A DNA stretch of 64,000 bases from an uncultured Pseudomonadota bacterium. GTDB lineage: Bacteria > Oederibacteriota > Muellerivitia > Muellerivitales > Muellerivitaceae. The DNA lies in assembly GCA_963770835.1 (NCBI GenBank), contig CAVYRH010000005.1, forward strand, positions 128,001 to 192,000. The letters run 5' to 3'. Under the pieces are notes generated by a model. That model had not been told where the DNA came from, did no database searches, and was given only the letters and a program-made list of their open reading frames with translations. Position numbers and translations under genes: made by a program. Every line of letters begins with the position of its first letter. Positions within the stretch are counted from its first letter, which is position 1. This document shows, piece after piece, positions 30,492 to 38,284 of this stretch.

Positions 30492-30830
30492 ATGAAATTC
30501 CTGGTGTGCGTCATTCCACCGAAAAAAATCGATCAGGTCAAAAAAGTCCTTTGGGAGGCGGGGATCCGGGGCGTTACCCTGTCGGACGGTTCGGGTTACG
30601 GATACCAAAAGGTCCAGGTGGAATCCGTTAAGGGGGCCGATTACAAGATTCAGTACCAGCCCCGGATCCGCATCGAAATTGCCCTTCCTGACGAGGAAGT
30701 GGAAAAAGTCGTGGAATTGCTCCTGGATACGGTCCGTACGGGAAGGATTGGAGACGGAAAGTTCTTTATTTTGCCCCTGGAGGACGCCATCCGGGTCCGC
30801 ACGGGCGAGCGGGGCGAAAACGCCCTTTAA
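30492..30830 (+). CDS. PII-family signal transduction protein (divergent GlnB/GlnK)
   Basis: 112 aa; G.G.QK, G.DY (Tyr51), RTGRIGDGKFF, IRVRTGERG. Confidence 0.92.
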   Translation: MKFLVCVIPPKKIDQVKKVLWEAGIRGVTLSDGSGYGYQKVQVESVKGADYKIQYQPRIRIEIALPDEEVEKVVELLLDTVRTGRIGDGKFFILPLEDAIRVRTGERGENAL

Positions 30831-30931
30831 TTAAATAAAGAATAATGAATAATATGGAACCGACCAGTCAATAATGTTTGTTTTCATCGTCCGTTTTTAA
30901 TCGTTCATTTCACATTTTTTAGGAGGAAGCC

Positions 30932-31294
30932 GTGGCCCATCGCGTGTTGCTCGTGGATGACGCATCCTTTATGCGGATGATGCTGAAGAATATCCTGGTC
31001 GGGTCCGGCTATGAAGTAGCCGGGGAAGCGGAAAACGGGGCCAAGGCCATTGAACAGTACAAAGCCTTGAAGCCGGACCTGGTCATTATGGACATCATCA
31101 TGCCCGAAATGGGGGGGATTGACGCAGTACGGGAAATCATCAAGGTCAGCCCTTCCGCGAAGATCTTGATGTGCAGCTCCATGGGCCAGCAATCGCTGGT
31201 GGTGGAAGCCATCCAGGCCGGGGCCAAGGATTTCATCGTCAAGCCCTTCCAGCCCTCTAACGTCCTGGAAGCGGTGAAAAAAGCATTAGGTTGA
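30932..31294 (+). CDS. cheY: Chemotaxis response regulator CheY (Bacillus/Thermotoga-like)
   Basis: VDDA.FMRMM, KPDLV.MDI.MP, MCS.MGQQ..V.EAIQAGAKDFIVKPF; AGGAGG RBS with GTG start. Confidence 0.93.
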   Translation: MAHRVLLVDDASFMRMMLKNILVGSGYEVAGEAENGAKAIEQYKALKPDLVIMDIIMPEMGGIDAVREIIKVSPSAKILMCSSMGQQSLVVEAIQAGAKDFIVKPFQPSNVLEAVKKALG

Positions 31295-31338
31295 AGGCAA
31301 CTATTGGTAGCTCGCTAACCGCTACGGTTTAAAAGCAA

Positions 31339-31998
31339 ATGGCCGCCGTTAAGGATGGCATGGAACAAGAATCGCAATTTTTTAACGACTTCCAGATGGA
31401 CGCCCTGAAAGAAATCGGCAACATCGGAGCGGGGAACGCGGCCACGGCTCTTTCCCAAATGGTGGGGCGCCGAGTGGACATGTCGGTGACCCAGGTGAAG
31501 ATCCTGAAAACGGACGACATTGCTGCTTTCCTGGGCGGCATGGAACAAAACGTCGCCGCAGTGCATATGCCCGTTTACGGCGAGATTTGCGGCATCTCCC
31601 TCGTTTTTTTTCCCTTGGAAAGAGTCGGCGAGCTCTGCGGCATGCTGGTGGGTAAGAAAGAAGATGACCCCCTCCACCTGTCCGAAATGGGTCAGTCGGC
31701 TATCAAGGAAGTGGGAAGCATCCTGACCGGTGCTTATTTGAGCGCGCTGTTTCGCCTCATGAACCTCCAGATGATCCATGGCGTTCCCGGCCTGGCCATC
31801 GACATGGCACAGGCTGTCCTGGACACGGTACTGGTGGAGCTGGAGCAAAAAGAAGAGGTGGCTATCGTGATTGAGACCCGGTTCCTGGAAAACGACAAAC
31901 AGCTGACGGGGAGCTTCTTCCTCCTGCCTGAAACCGGATCCTTGCAGAAACTGTTTACGGCTTTTTCCAAAACCTTCGGGTTTTCCGGCAATGGGTGA
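31339..31998 (+). CDS. cheC: CheC phosphatase (copy 1)
   Basis: DALKEIGNIGAGNAATALS; second repeat SAIKEVGSILTG.YL.AL. Confidence 0.93.
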   Translation: MAAVKDGMEQESQFFNDFQMDALKEIGNIGAGNAATALSQMVGRRVDMSVTQVKILKTDDIAAFLGGMEQNVAAVHMPVYGEICGISLVFFPLERVGELCGMLVGKKEDDPLHLSEMGQSAIKEVGSILTGAYLSALFRLMNLQMIHGVPGLAIDMAQAVLDTVLVELEQKEEVAIVIETRFLENDKQLTGSFFLLPETGSLQKLFTAFSKTFGFSGNG

Positions 31999-32476
31999 AG
32001 AGAGCCGTGTCGTTGGAATCGCCGAAATCATCGTTTCCCAAAGCCCCCAACGGTTGATGGCTTATGGCTTGGGCTCCTGCGTGGGGGTGGCCCTCTACGA
32101 CGCCACCAGCAAAACCGGAGGGATGGCCCATGTGATGCTGCCTTCCAGCCGCCTCCACTCCTCGGAAACCCATCCCGGAAAATACGCCGACACGGCCATT
32201 TCGGTCCTGGTCGCGGAAATGGAAAATGCGGGATGCCGGCGGAAAAACATGGCGGCCAAGATCGTGGGCGGCGCCAACATGTTCTCGGATATTATCCAAA
32301 GCGGGGTTCCCATCGGCTTGCGCAACGTTTCCGCCGTCCGACAGAAATTGGAGGAACTGGGGATTCCCATCGCCGCGGAAGAGGTGGGGGGGACCAAGGG
32401 CAGGACCATGATTTTTACCCTCGAAGACGGCCGGGTGGAGATCCGACGCCTGAACCAGCCCGAGCAATACCTGTGA
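31991..32476 (+). CDS. cheD: Chemoreceptor glutamine deamidase CheD
   Basis: GLGSCVGV.LYD, AHVMLP, KYADTAI, AKI.GGA.MF, IG.RN, VGG..GRT. Confidence 0.95.
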   Translation: MGEESRVVGIAEIIVSQSPQRLMAYGLGSCVGVALYDATSKTGGMAHVMLPSSRLHSSETHPGKYADTAISVLVAEMENAGCRRKNMAAKIVGGANMFSDIIQSGVPIGLRNVSAVRQKLEELGIPIAAEEVGGTKGRTMIFTLEDGRVEIRRLNQPEQYL

Positions 32477-32587
32477 AACAGTCAAATAAACTGCGTTTTT
32501 CCAGAATATTAAGTTTGATCCAGGTTTTTTGGGCGGCCCGGCTTCTTTAGTGGTAAAAATAGTTTCAAAGGTCTTGAGGTGCAACCG

Positions 32588-33130
32588 ATGAGCCTATCGA
32601 TGTCCGAAATATCAACGCTTTCCCAGCCGGAAACGGCGGAAGCCCAACTGGTGGTGTTCACCCTGGCGGGCTGCGAGGCCGCCGTGGGAATCCGGCAGGT
32701 GCGGGAAATCCTGCGTGTGGGCGATATCACCTTCATGCCCAAGGCACCGCCCTTTTTGGAGGGGATCATTAATATGCGGGGGAAAATCATCCCCGTCATC
32801 GACCTGAAGAAGCGGTTCCAGATGCCCCTTATCGACCGCACGGATGAGTCGCGCGTGCTAATTGTGGAAATCCAGGACCAGATGCTGGGGTTCCTGGTGG
32901 ACAAAGTAGTAGGGGTGCTGAGGACCTCCCTGGCGGCGGTGGAGCCTGCCAAGGAGCCGGTTTTAACCGTCGGCGCCGAGTATCTCGACGGGCTCCTCCG
33001 AGTTGAAAAACGGTTGATTCTCCTCTTGAATTTGAAGAAATTGCTGACGCTGGACGAACCAAAGGCGCTCCCCGATCGGGAGCCCTACACAGTTCCTCCA
33101 TCAATGGGGCCTTCGGCCCCCAATAGATGA
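32588..33130 (+). CDS. cheW: CheW coupling protein
   Basis: LVVF.L, V.EI, P.AP.F.EGIIN.RG.IIPVIDL..RF, GF.VD.V, LILLL. Confidence 0.93.
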   Translation: MSLSMSEISTLSQPETAEAQLVVFTLAGCEAAVGIRQVREILRVGDITFMPKAPPFLEGIINMRGKIIPVIDLKKRFQMPLIDRTDESRVLIVEIQDQMLGFLVDKVVGVLRTSLAAVEPAKEPVLTVGAEYLDGLLRVEKRLILLLNLKKLLTLDEPKALPDREPYTVPPSMGPSAPNR

Positions 33131-33158
33131 ACTATGTCACTCTCAGGGGAGAATAACT

Positions 33159-33524
33159 TTGGCCATTAAGGTGATGTTCGTCGACGACTCCTCTTTCATG
33201 AGATCCATTCTAAAAGGCATCATCCTCAAAGAACCCTTCGAATTAGCTGGGGAAGCCACGACGGGCAAGGAAGCGGTGGAACTTTACCGGGAAACCAAGC
33301 CCGACCTCGTGACCATGGACATCGTCATGCCGGAAATGAACGGTATCGACGCGGTTAAGGAAATCCGAGCCATGGACCCCGACGCCAAGATCATCATGGT
33401 CAGCGCCATGGGCCAGCAGGGCATGGTCATCGACGCCATCCAGGCGGGCGCCCGCGACTTCATCATCAAGCCTTTCCAACCTCCGAGAATCCAGGAAGCC
33501 TTGCGGCGGGTGGTCGGGAACTAA
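33159..33524 (+). CDS. cheY: Second CheY
   Basis: VDDS.FMR, KPDLVTMDIVMP, SAMGQQ.MVIDAIQAGA.DFI.KPF; GGGGAG RBS with TTG start. Confidence 0.92.
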   Translation: MAIKVMFVDDSSFMRSILKGIILKEPFELAGEATTGKEAVELYRETKPDLVTMDIVMPEMNGIDAVKEIRAMDPDAKIIMVSAMGQQGMVIDAIQAGARDFIIKPFQPPRIQEALRRVVGN

Positions 33525-33575
33525 TAACTATTTAAACCGTAAATTCGCCTTAATCGACATTGAAAACAGGTATCC

Positions 33576-34673
33576 ATGCCTTCATACAAGCCCAACCCTA
33601 TCCGCGTCCTGGTGGTGGACGATTCCTTTTTCATGCGGAAAATGATCCAGGACATGCTGGAGGCCTCCGATGGGGTGGCCACGGTCCTGGATACGGCCCA
33701 GAACGGCCTGGAAGCAGTCGAAAAAACCATTAAGTTGAAACCCGACGTCATTACCCTTGACGTGGAAATGCCTCAGATGGATGGGCTGCAGGCCTTGGAA
33801 AGGATCATGGCCGAACGGCCCACGCCAGTGGTGATGCTTTCCAGCCATACGGGGGAGGGAACGGTCACCACTATTCGGGCCCTGGAATTGGGGGCCGTGG
33901 ATTGTTTGGGCAAGCCCGCGGGACGCGTCATGGAAAACATGAAGGAAATCCAGGCCGAGCTCATCGAAAAGATTAAGCTGGCTTCTACGATCCGGCCCCG
34001 CCAGCGAACGGGAACGGCTTTAGGGCCCAAAGCCTCGGCGTCTACAGTTGAAATAACGGAACCTTCAAAGCATATCCCCCAAGTGGAAAGGCCGGCCACT
34101 TTTATCGTTGCCATTGCCTCTTCCACCGGCGGTCCCCGCGCCTTGAACGAGCTTTTTTCCCACCTTCAACGAACTCCCCACGCCGCTTATGTCATTGTCC
34201 AGCATATTTCGGTCGGGTTCACCAAGGCCCTGGCCCGGCGATTGGGTGATGTCAGTTGTGTTTCCGTTGCCGAAGCACAGGACCAGGAAATTCTCCTCGG
34301 AGGGCATGCATATGTGGCTCCCGGCGGCAGCCATCTGGTTTTGGAAAAGGTTGCCGGGCATTACCGGGCCGCCTTTCATGATTCGCCCCCCCGCTTGGGG
34401 GTCAAGCCCTCGGCGGATATCATGATGGCCTCGGTGGCCAGGGTTGCGGCCAAGGATTGCATGGGAGTGGTGCTAACCGGCATGGGGCGGGATGGGACCG
34501 AGGGTTTGAAGGGGATCCGGGCCGCCGGAGGCAAGACCTTCGCCCAGGACGCCGAAAGCTGCGTGGTTTATGGCATGCCCAAATCCGCCGTGGATGCCGG
34601 CCTCGTGGACCGACAGTTGACCCTTCCCCAAATGGCCGAGGAGATCAACGCTCTCCTTACCAAGAAAAGTTGA
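33576..34673 (+). CDS. cheB: Chemotaxis methylesterase CheB (REC plus methylesterase)
   Basis: VLVVDDS.FMR, DV.MP; SSTGGP, VQH, PS.D, LTGMG.DG, VVYGMP. Confidence 0.96.
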   Translation: MPSYKPNPIRVLVVDDSFFMRKMIQDMLEASDGVATVLDTAQNGLEAVEKTIKLKPDVITLDVEMPQMDGLQALERIMAERPTPVVMLSSHTGEGTVTTIRALELGAVDCLGKPAGRVMENMKEIQAELIEKIKLASTIRPRQRTGTALGPKASASTVEITEPSKHIPQVERPATFIVAIASSTGGPRALNELFSHLQRTPHAAYVIVQHISVGFTKALARRLGDVSCVSVAEAQDQEILLGGHAYVAPGGSHLVLEKVAGHYRAAFHDSPPRLGVKPSADIMMASVARVAAKDCMGVVLTGMGRDGTEGLKGIRAAGGKTFAQDAESCVVYGMPKSAVDAGLVDRQLTLPQMAEEINALLTKKS

Positions 34674-34756
34674 CGGTTAGTCTTGAATAAGCTGACTTAA
34701 CATGGAGCGAAAATGGTATTTGAAAAAACTTTATGTAAATTAGCGGAGAATAAAAA

Positions 34757-35188
34757 ATGTTTAAACAACAGTTGGTGTTTATTTTTTTAAAACTCATATT
34801 TTGGGGAATGGTTTTTTGCGTTTGCATACCAGGAATTTCTTTTTCTAATGTTGCAAATCTTGGAAACACCAATACTGCTCAATTGGAATTAAAGAAAAAC
34901 ACAACTATTTTTCAGTCTCTGAATGAAAAACAGAATAACCAATCGCTTTGGTTGAGATTTGAAGATTCGGGAATGGAAGAGGTTGTCGAATATTTGTTGT
35001 ACTTGTTAATTGGTTCTTTGATGATGCTTTATTCTAGGGAGTTGGCCGCCTTCTATCCTTTTGCCAAGTGGACACCATGGTTTAAGTTATCACCTTTTGT
35101 GGTACGGGTAAGACAGATAGCTTTCTTATTGGCGGGATTTATTCTGGCAGTATTTGGTCTTGTTAGTTTTCTTAAAGAGGTCCGCTGA
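34757..35188 (+). CDS. AT-rich hypothetical membrane protein
   Basis: GGAG RBS and ATG; hydrophobic segments; visibly more AT-rich than the flanking genes. Confidence 0.5.
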   Translation: MFKQQLVFIFLKLIFWGMVFCVCIPGISFSNVANLGNTNTAQLELKKNTTIFQSLNEKQNNQSLWLRFEDSGMEEVVEYLLYLLIGSLMMLYSRELAAFYPFAKWTPWFKLSPFVVRVRQIAFLLAGFILAVFGLVSFLKEVR

Positions 35189-35364
35189 AGTTCATTTGTA
35201 TTTTTAAAAGGAAGTTTGGAATAAAAAAATAAGGGAAAAAGCTAAAAACCCGCAAAATCCCGTTCTCCCACGCAGTTTGGCTGGTTGGCTAAATCTACTT
35301 AGAACCCTGCCTGTTTTAATCTAAAATAGTGTCCAGCCCACAGCCTTACCCTTCTGGAGCCATC

Positions 35365-37461
35365 GTGAATAGCGGCGATTACAAAGAGATTTTCCTCACC
35401 GAAGCGCGGGAATATCTTTCGAACCTGAACAATTCCCTCGTGATGCTGGAAAAAGACCCATCCCAAACTGAGGCCATCCGGGAAATCTTCCGCGCGGCCC
35501 ATACCCTGAAAGGTATGTCAGCCACGATGGGCTATGACCCCATGGTACGGCTTACCCACCAGATGGAAGCGGTTATGGAGCCCATCCGGTCGGGCACCCA
35601 AAATCTTTCCACGCGAATGGTTGATATTCTCTTTGTCTGTCTGGACCTATTGTCCAAATGGGTGGACGTGTTGGCAAACCAGGATTTTATTGAGGAGGAA
35701 GGGCTGCAATCCGCCCTCCAATTACTGGCAAGCGTCGGCAAAGACGTAACCCCTTCCGAAGTTTCTTCGCCAAGCACGACAGAAAGTTCGACGGCCTCCA
35801 GTATGTATCTGGCATTTTCCGAGAATGAAAGGGAAGTGCTCTCCCAGGCTAAAATGAACGGATTCTCGATCCTCAGGGTGGCGGTGGAATTATCCCCGGA
35901 CTGTGTTTTCAAGGAAGTCCGGGCTTTCATGGTCCTGAAAAACGTCAACGAATTGGGAGAGATCGTCAAAAGCATCCCCGCTCCGGAAGAAATCGAGAAA
36001 GGGCAGTTTTCTAAAGGCTTCGTGCTGGTGGTCGTCACCGATTCCACGGACGAGAAACTGCAGGAAGCTGTCGCGAGTGTCACCGAGGTTTCGAACGCGC
36101 AAGTGGAAAGCCTCAAGCTTGAGGATATGTCCTCCCCGCAGGCGGCAGGGCAGCCCTCTACGCCCTCGCAAGGTATGGGATCTCCCAAGGCTTCGGCTCC
36201 CGCCCTGGTACCTGACGAAAGAACCTTTGCCCTACCTACTATCCGAGTCCATACTTCCAAGCTCGACAAACTGATGGCCTTGGTCCAAGAACTCGTCATT
36301 TCAAAAATTCGCTTCGAACAAGTGGCCAATACCAAGGCCTTGAAAGAACTGTCCGACCCCCTTTCCCAGCTCCACCACATCACCGACGAACTGCAGGACG
36401 AGATTACCAAGGTCCGGTTGATGCCGGTCAAACAGATCTTCGACAGGTTCCCCCGCATGGTTCGCGACTTGGCGCGTAACCTCAACAAACAGGTGGACTT
36501 GGAGATGGATGGCGCGGAGGTGGAGCTGGACCGCACGATATTGGAAGAAATGAGCGAACCCCTGGTGCACTTGCTCCGCAATGCCGTGGACCATGGAATC
36601 GAGGAGCCCGAGGCGAGGGCCCGCGAGGGCAAAGAACCCTACGGTATCATCCGGCTACAAGCCAAGCGGGAGAGGTCCCACGTGGTGATTTCCATCACGG
36701 ACGATGGGCGGGGGATTGACCCGGAAATCGTGCGGCAGAAGGCCATTGCTAAGGGTATGGTCTCGGCGGAAGATGCGGCCAAACTGACCGATGAGGAAGT
36801 TGTGCGCATGGTCTCCCTACCGGGTTTTTCCACGGTGGATACTGCCACGGAGATTTCGGGCCGGGGGGTAGGTGTGGACGTGGCCAAGACCAAAGTGGAA
36901 GCCGTTGGGGGCGTTTTCCGCATCCAAAGCAAAAAGGGGCAGGGAACCACCTTCATCCTGAGGTTTCCCCTCACCCTAGCCATCATCAAGGCGCTCCTGG
37001 TGAGGTGCAACGAGGAGATTTTCGCTATTCCCGTCGTGAACATCACGGAGACGGTGGATGTTTCGCCGAGTGAAAAAAGGCAGATTCAACAGCAGGAGGC
37101 CGTCATCCTTCGGGAAGACGTCATTCCCCTTTACCCCCTCCAGGAGCTCCTGGAACTACCGGATTTGTCGAAACCCCGCGATGACTCCGGGTTGGAGACC
37201 GTGCTGATCGCGGAAGTGGGGGATTCCCGGGTGGCCTTAAGGGTGGACGAGGTTATCGGCCAGCAGGAAATCGCCATCAAGCCCCTCGACCGTCTCTTGA
37301 AGGGCATCCGTGGTTTTTCAGGCGCCACCATCCTCGGCAGTGGTAAGATATCGCTGATTCTCGATGTGAATAGTTTGGTTGAGGATTTGAAAGACAAGCG
37401 GTTCCAGGCCGAACACTCCCTATTGGAAAAGGACGACGCGCATGCCGACCTTCATTCTTAA
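35365..37461 (+). CDS. cheA: Chemotaxis histidine kinase CheA (HPt-P2-dimer-HATPase-CheW)
   Basis: IFRAAHTLKGMS, IRV...KLD.L, RFPRMVRDL, HLLRNAVDHGIE, DDGRG, PGFST, SGRGVG.DV, PLTLAII, GATILG.G. GTG after GGAG; alternative start 35329. Confidence 0.97.
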   Translation: MNSGDYKEIFLTEAREYLSNLNNSLVMLEKDPSQTEAIREIFRAAHTLKGMSATMGYDPMVRLTHQMEAVMEPIRSGTQNLSTRMVDILFVCLDLLSKWVDVLANQDFIEEEGLQSALQLLASVGKDVTPSEVSSPSTTESSTASSMYLAFSENEREVLSQAKMNGFSILRVAVELSPDCVFKEVRAFMVLKNVNELGEIVKSIPAPEEIEKGQFSKGFVLVVVTDSTDEKLQEAVASVTEVSNAQVESLKLEDMSSPQAAGQPSTPSQGMGSPKASAPALVPDERTFALPTIRVHTSKLDKLMALVQELVISKIRFEQVANTKALKELSDPLSQLHHITDELQDEITKVRLMPVKQIFDRFPRMVRDLARNLNKQVDLEMDGAEVELDRTILEEMSEPLVHLLRNAVDHGIEEPEARAREGKEPYGIIRLQAKRERSHVVISITDDGRGIDPEIVRQKAIAKGMVSAEDAAKLTDEEVVRMVSLPGFSTVDTATEISGRGVGVDVAKTKVEAVGGVFRIQSKKGQGTTFILRFPLTLAIIKALLVRCNEEIFAIPVVNITETVDVSPSEKRQIQQQEAVILREDVIPLYPLQELLELPDLSKPRDDSGLETVLIAEVGDSRVALRVDEVIGQQEIAIKPLDRLLKGIRGFSGATILGSGKISLILDVNSLVEDLKDKRFQAEHSLLEKDDAHADLHS

Positions 37462-37603
37462 AAGCTTTGAGAGGGCCGGTATCACACCGATTTCCTTTAA
37501 TCTTTCAAAAGGAGAATCGGCGCATGCCGACTCTCATTTTGCAATAAATAAAAGAGGTCGGTATCGCACCGATTTCCATAATCTCTTTGAAGGAGAATCG
37601 GCG
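37441..37603 (+). repeat. Two tandem 82/81-nt double-hairpin units (copies 3 and 4)
   Basis: CATGCCGAC..TCATT...CGGTATC.CACCGATTTCC...AAGGAGAATCGGCGCATG, with ATGs at 37442, 37524 and 37605; same family as 27974-28147. Confidence 0.9.
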
Positions 37604-37604
37604 C

Positions 37605-38219
37605 ATGCTGCTCAACCTGGATGAGCTGACCCCGAGCCAACTCGACGCATTGAAAGAAGTAGGAAATATCGGGGCGGGGCACGGTGCCACGGCCCTTTCC
37701 CAGCTCTTGGGAAAGAAGATCTTCATCACCGTTCCTAAAGCCACCGTTCTCCCCCTTTCGGAAGTCCCCAAACTGGTCGGCGACCCCAATACCCTGGTGG
37801 CGGGCCTTACCCTTTCCATCCTGGGCGACGCCACGGGAAAGATCATCCTGCTTTTTCCCCGCGACTCGGCGCTTCACCTGGCAGACATGCTCCTCAAGCA
37901 GCCCGTGGGCACCAGCAAAATCCTCACCGAGATGGGCCATTCGGCCATCAAGGAAGCGGGGAATATTTTGACGGGGGCCTATTTGAGCGCCTTGAACGAA
38001 TTTCTCGGCATGCTGTTATTGATTTCCGTTCCGACCCTAGTGTTCGACATGGCGGGTGCGCTTTTAACCATGATCACCCAGGGTATGGAGGAGACCCTCA
38101 AAGTCATTTCCATCGAGACCAAGTTCAGCGATGACCACGAGGAAATCGGGGGATATTTCATCCTGGTTCCGGACGCGGTTTCCCTTCGCGCCATCTTTCA
38201 AGCCATCAAAGTGAAGTAA
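37605..38219 (+). CDS. cheC: CheC phosphatase (copy 2)
   Basis: DALKEVGNIGAGH.ATALS and SAIKEAGNILTG.YL.AL; AGGAG RBS. Confidence 0.93.
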   Translation: MLLNLDELTPSQLDALKEVGNIGAGHGATALSQLLGKKIFITVPKATVLPLSEVPKLVGDPNTLVAGLTLSILGDATGKIILLFPRDSALHLADMLLKQPVGTSKILTEMGHSAIKEAGNILTGAYLSALNEFLGMLLLISVPTLVFDMAGALLTMITQGMEETLKVISIETKFSDDHEEIGGYFILVPDAVSLRAIFQAIKVK

Positions 38220-38284
38220 TTAAAACCGCTAATCATGTTAATATATTGTCCGCGATTTTATCGTATTCCGTATGAAAGGCCGAC

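Noticed and set aside
35532..36632. 366-aa minus-strand ORF within cheA, and similar shadows over the TPR genes, valS, topA, eno and lpxD
   Set aside because: They fully overlap well-supported + strand genes and have a composition typical of antisense frames.
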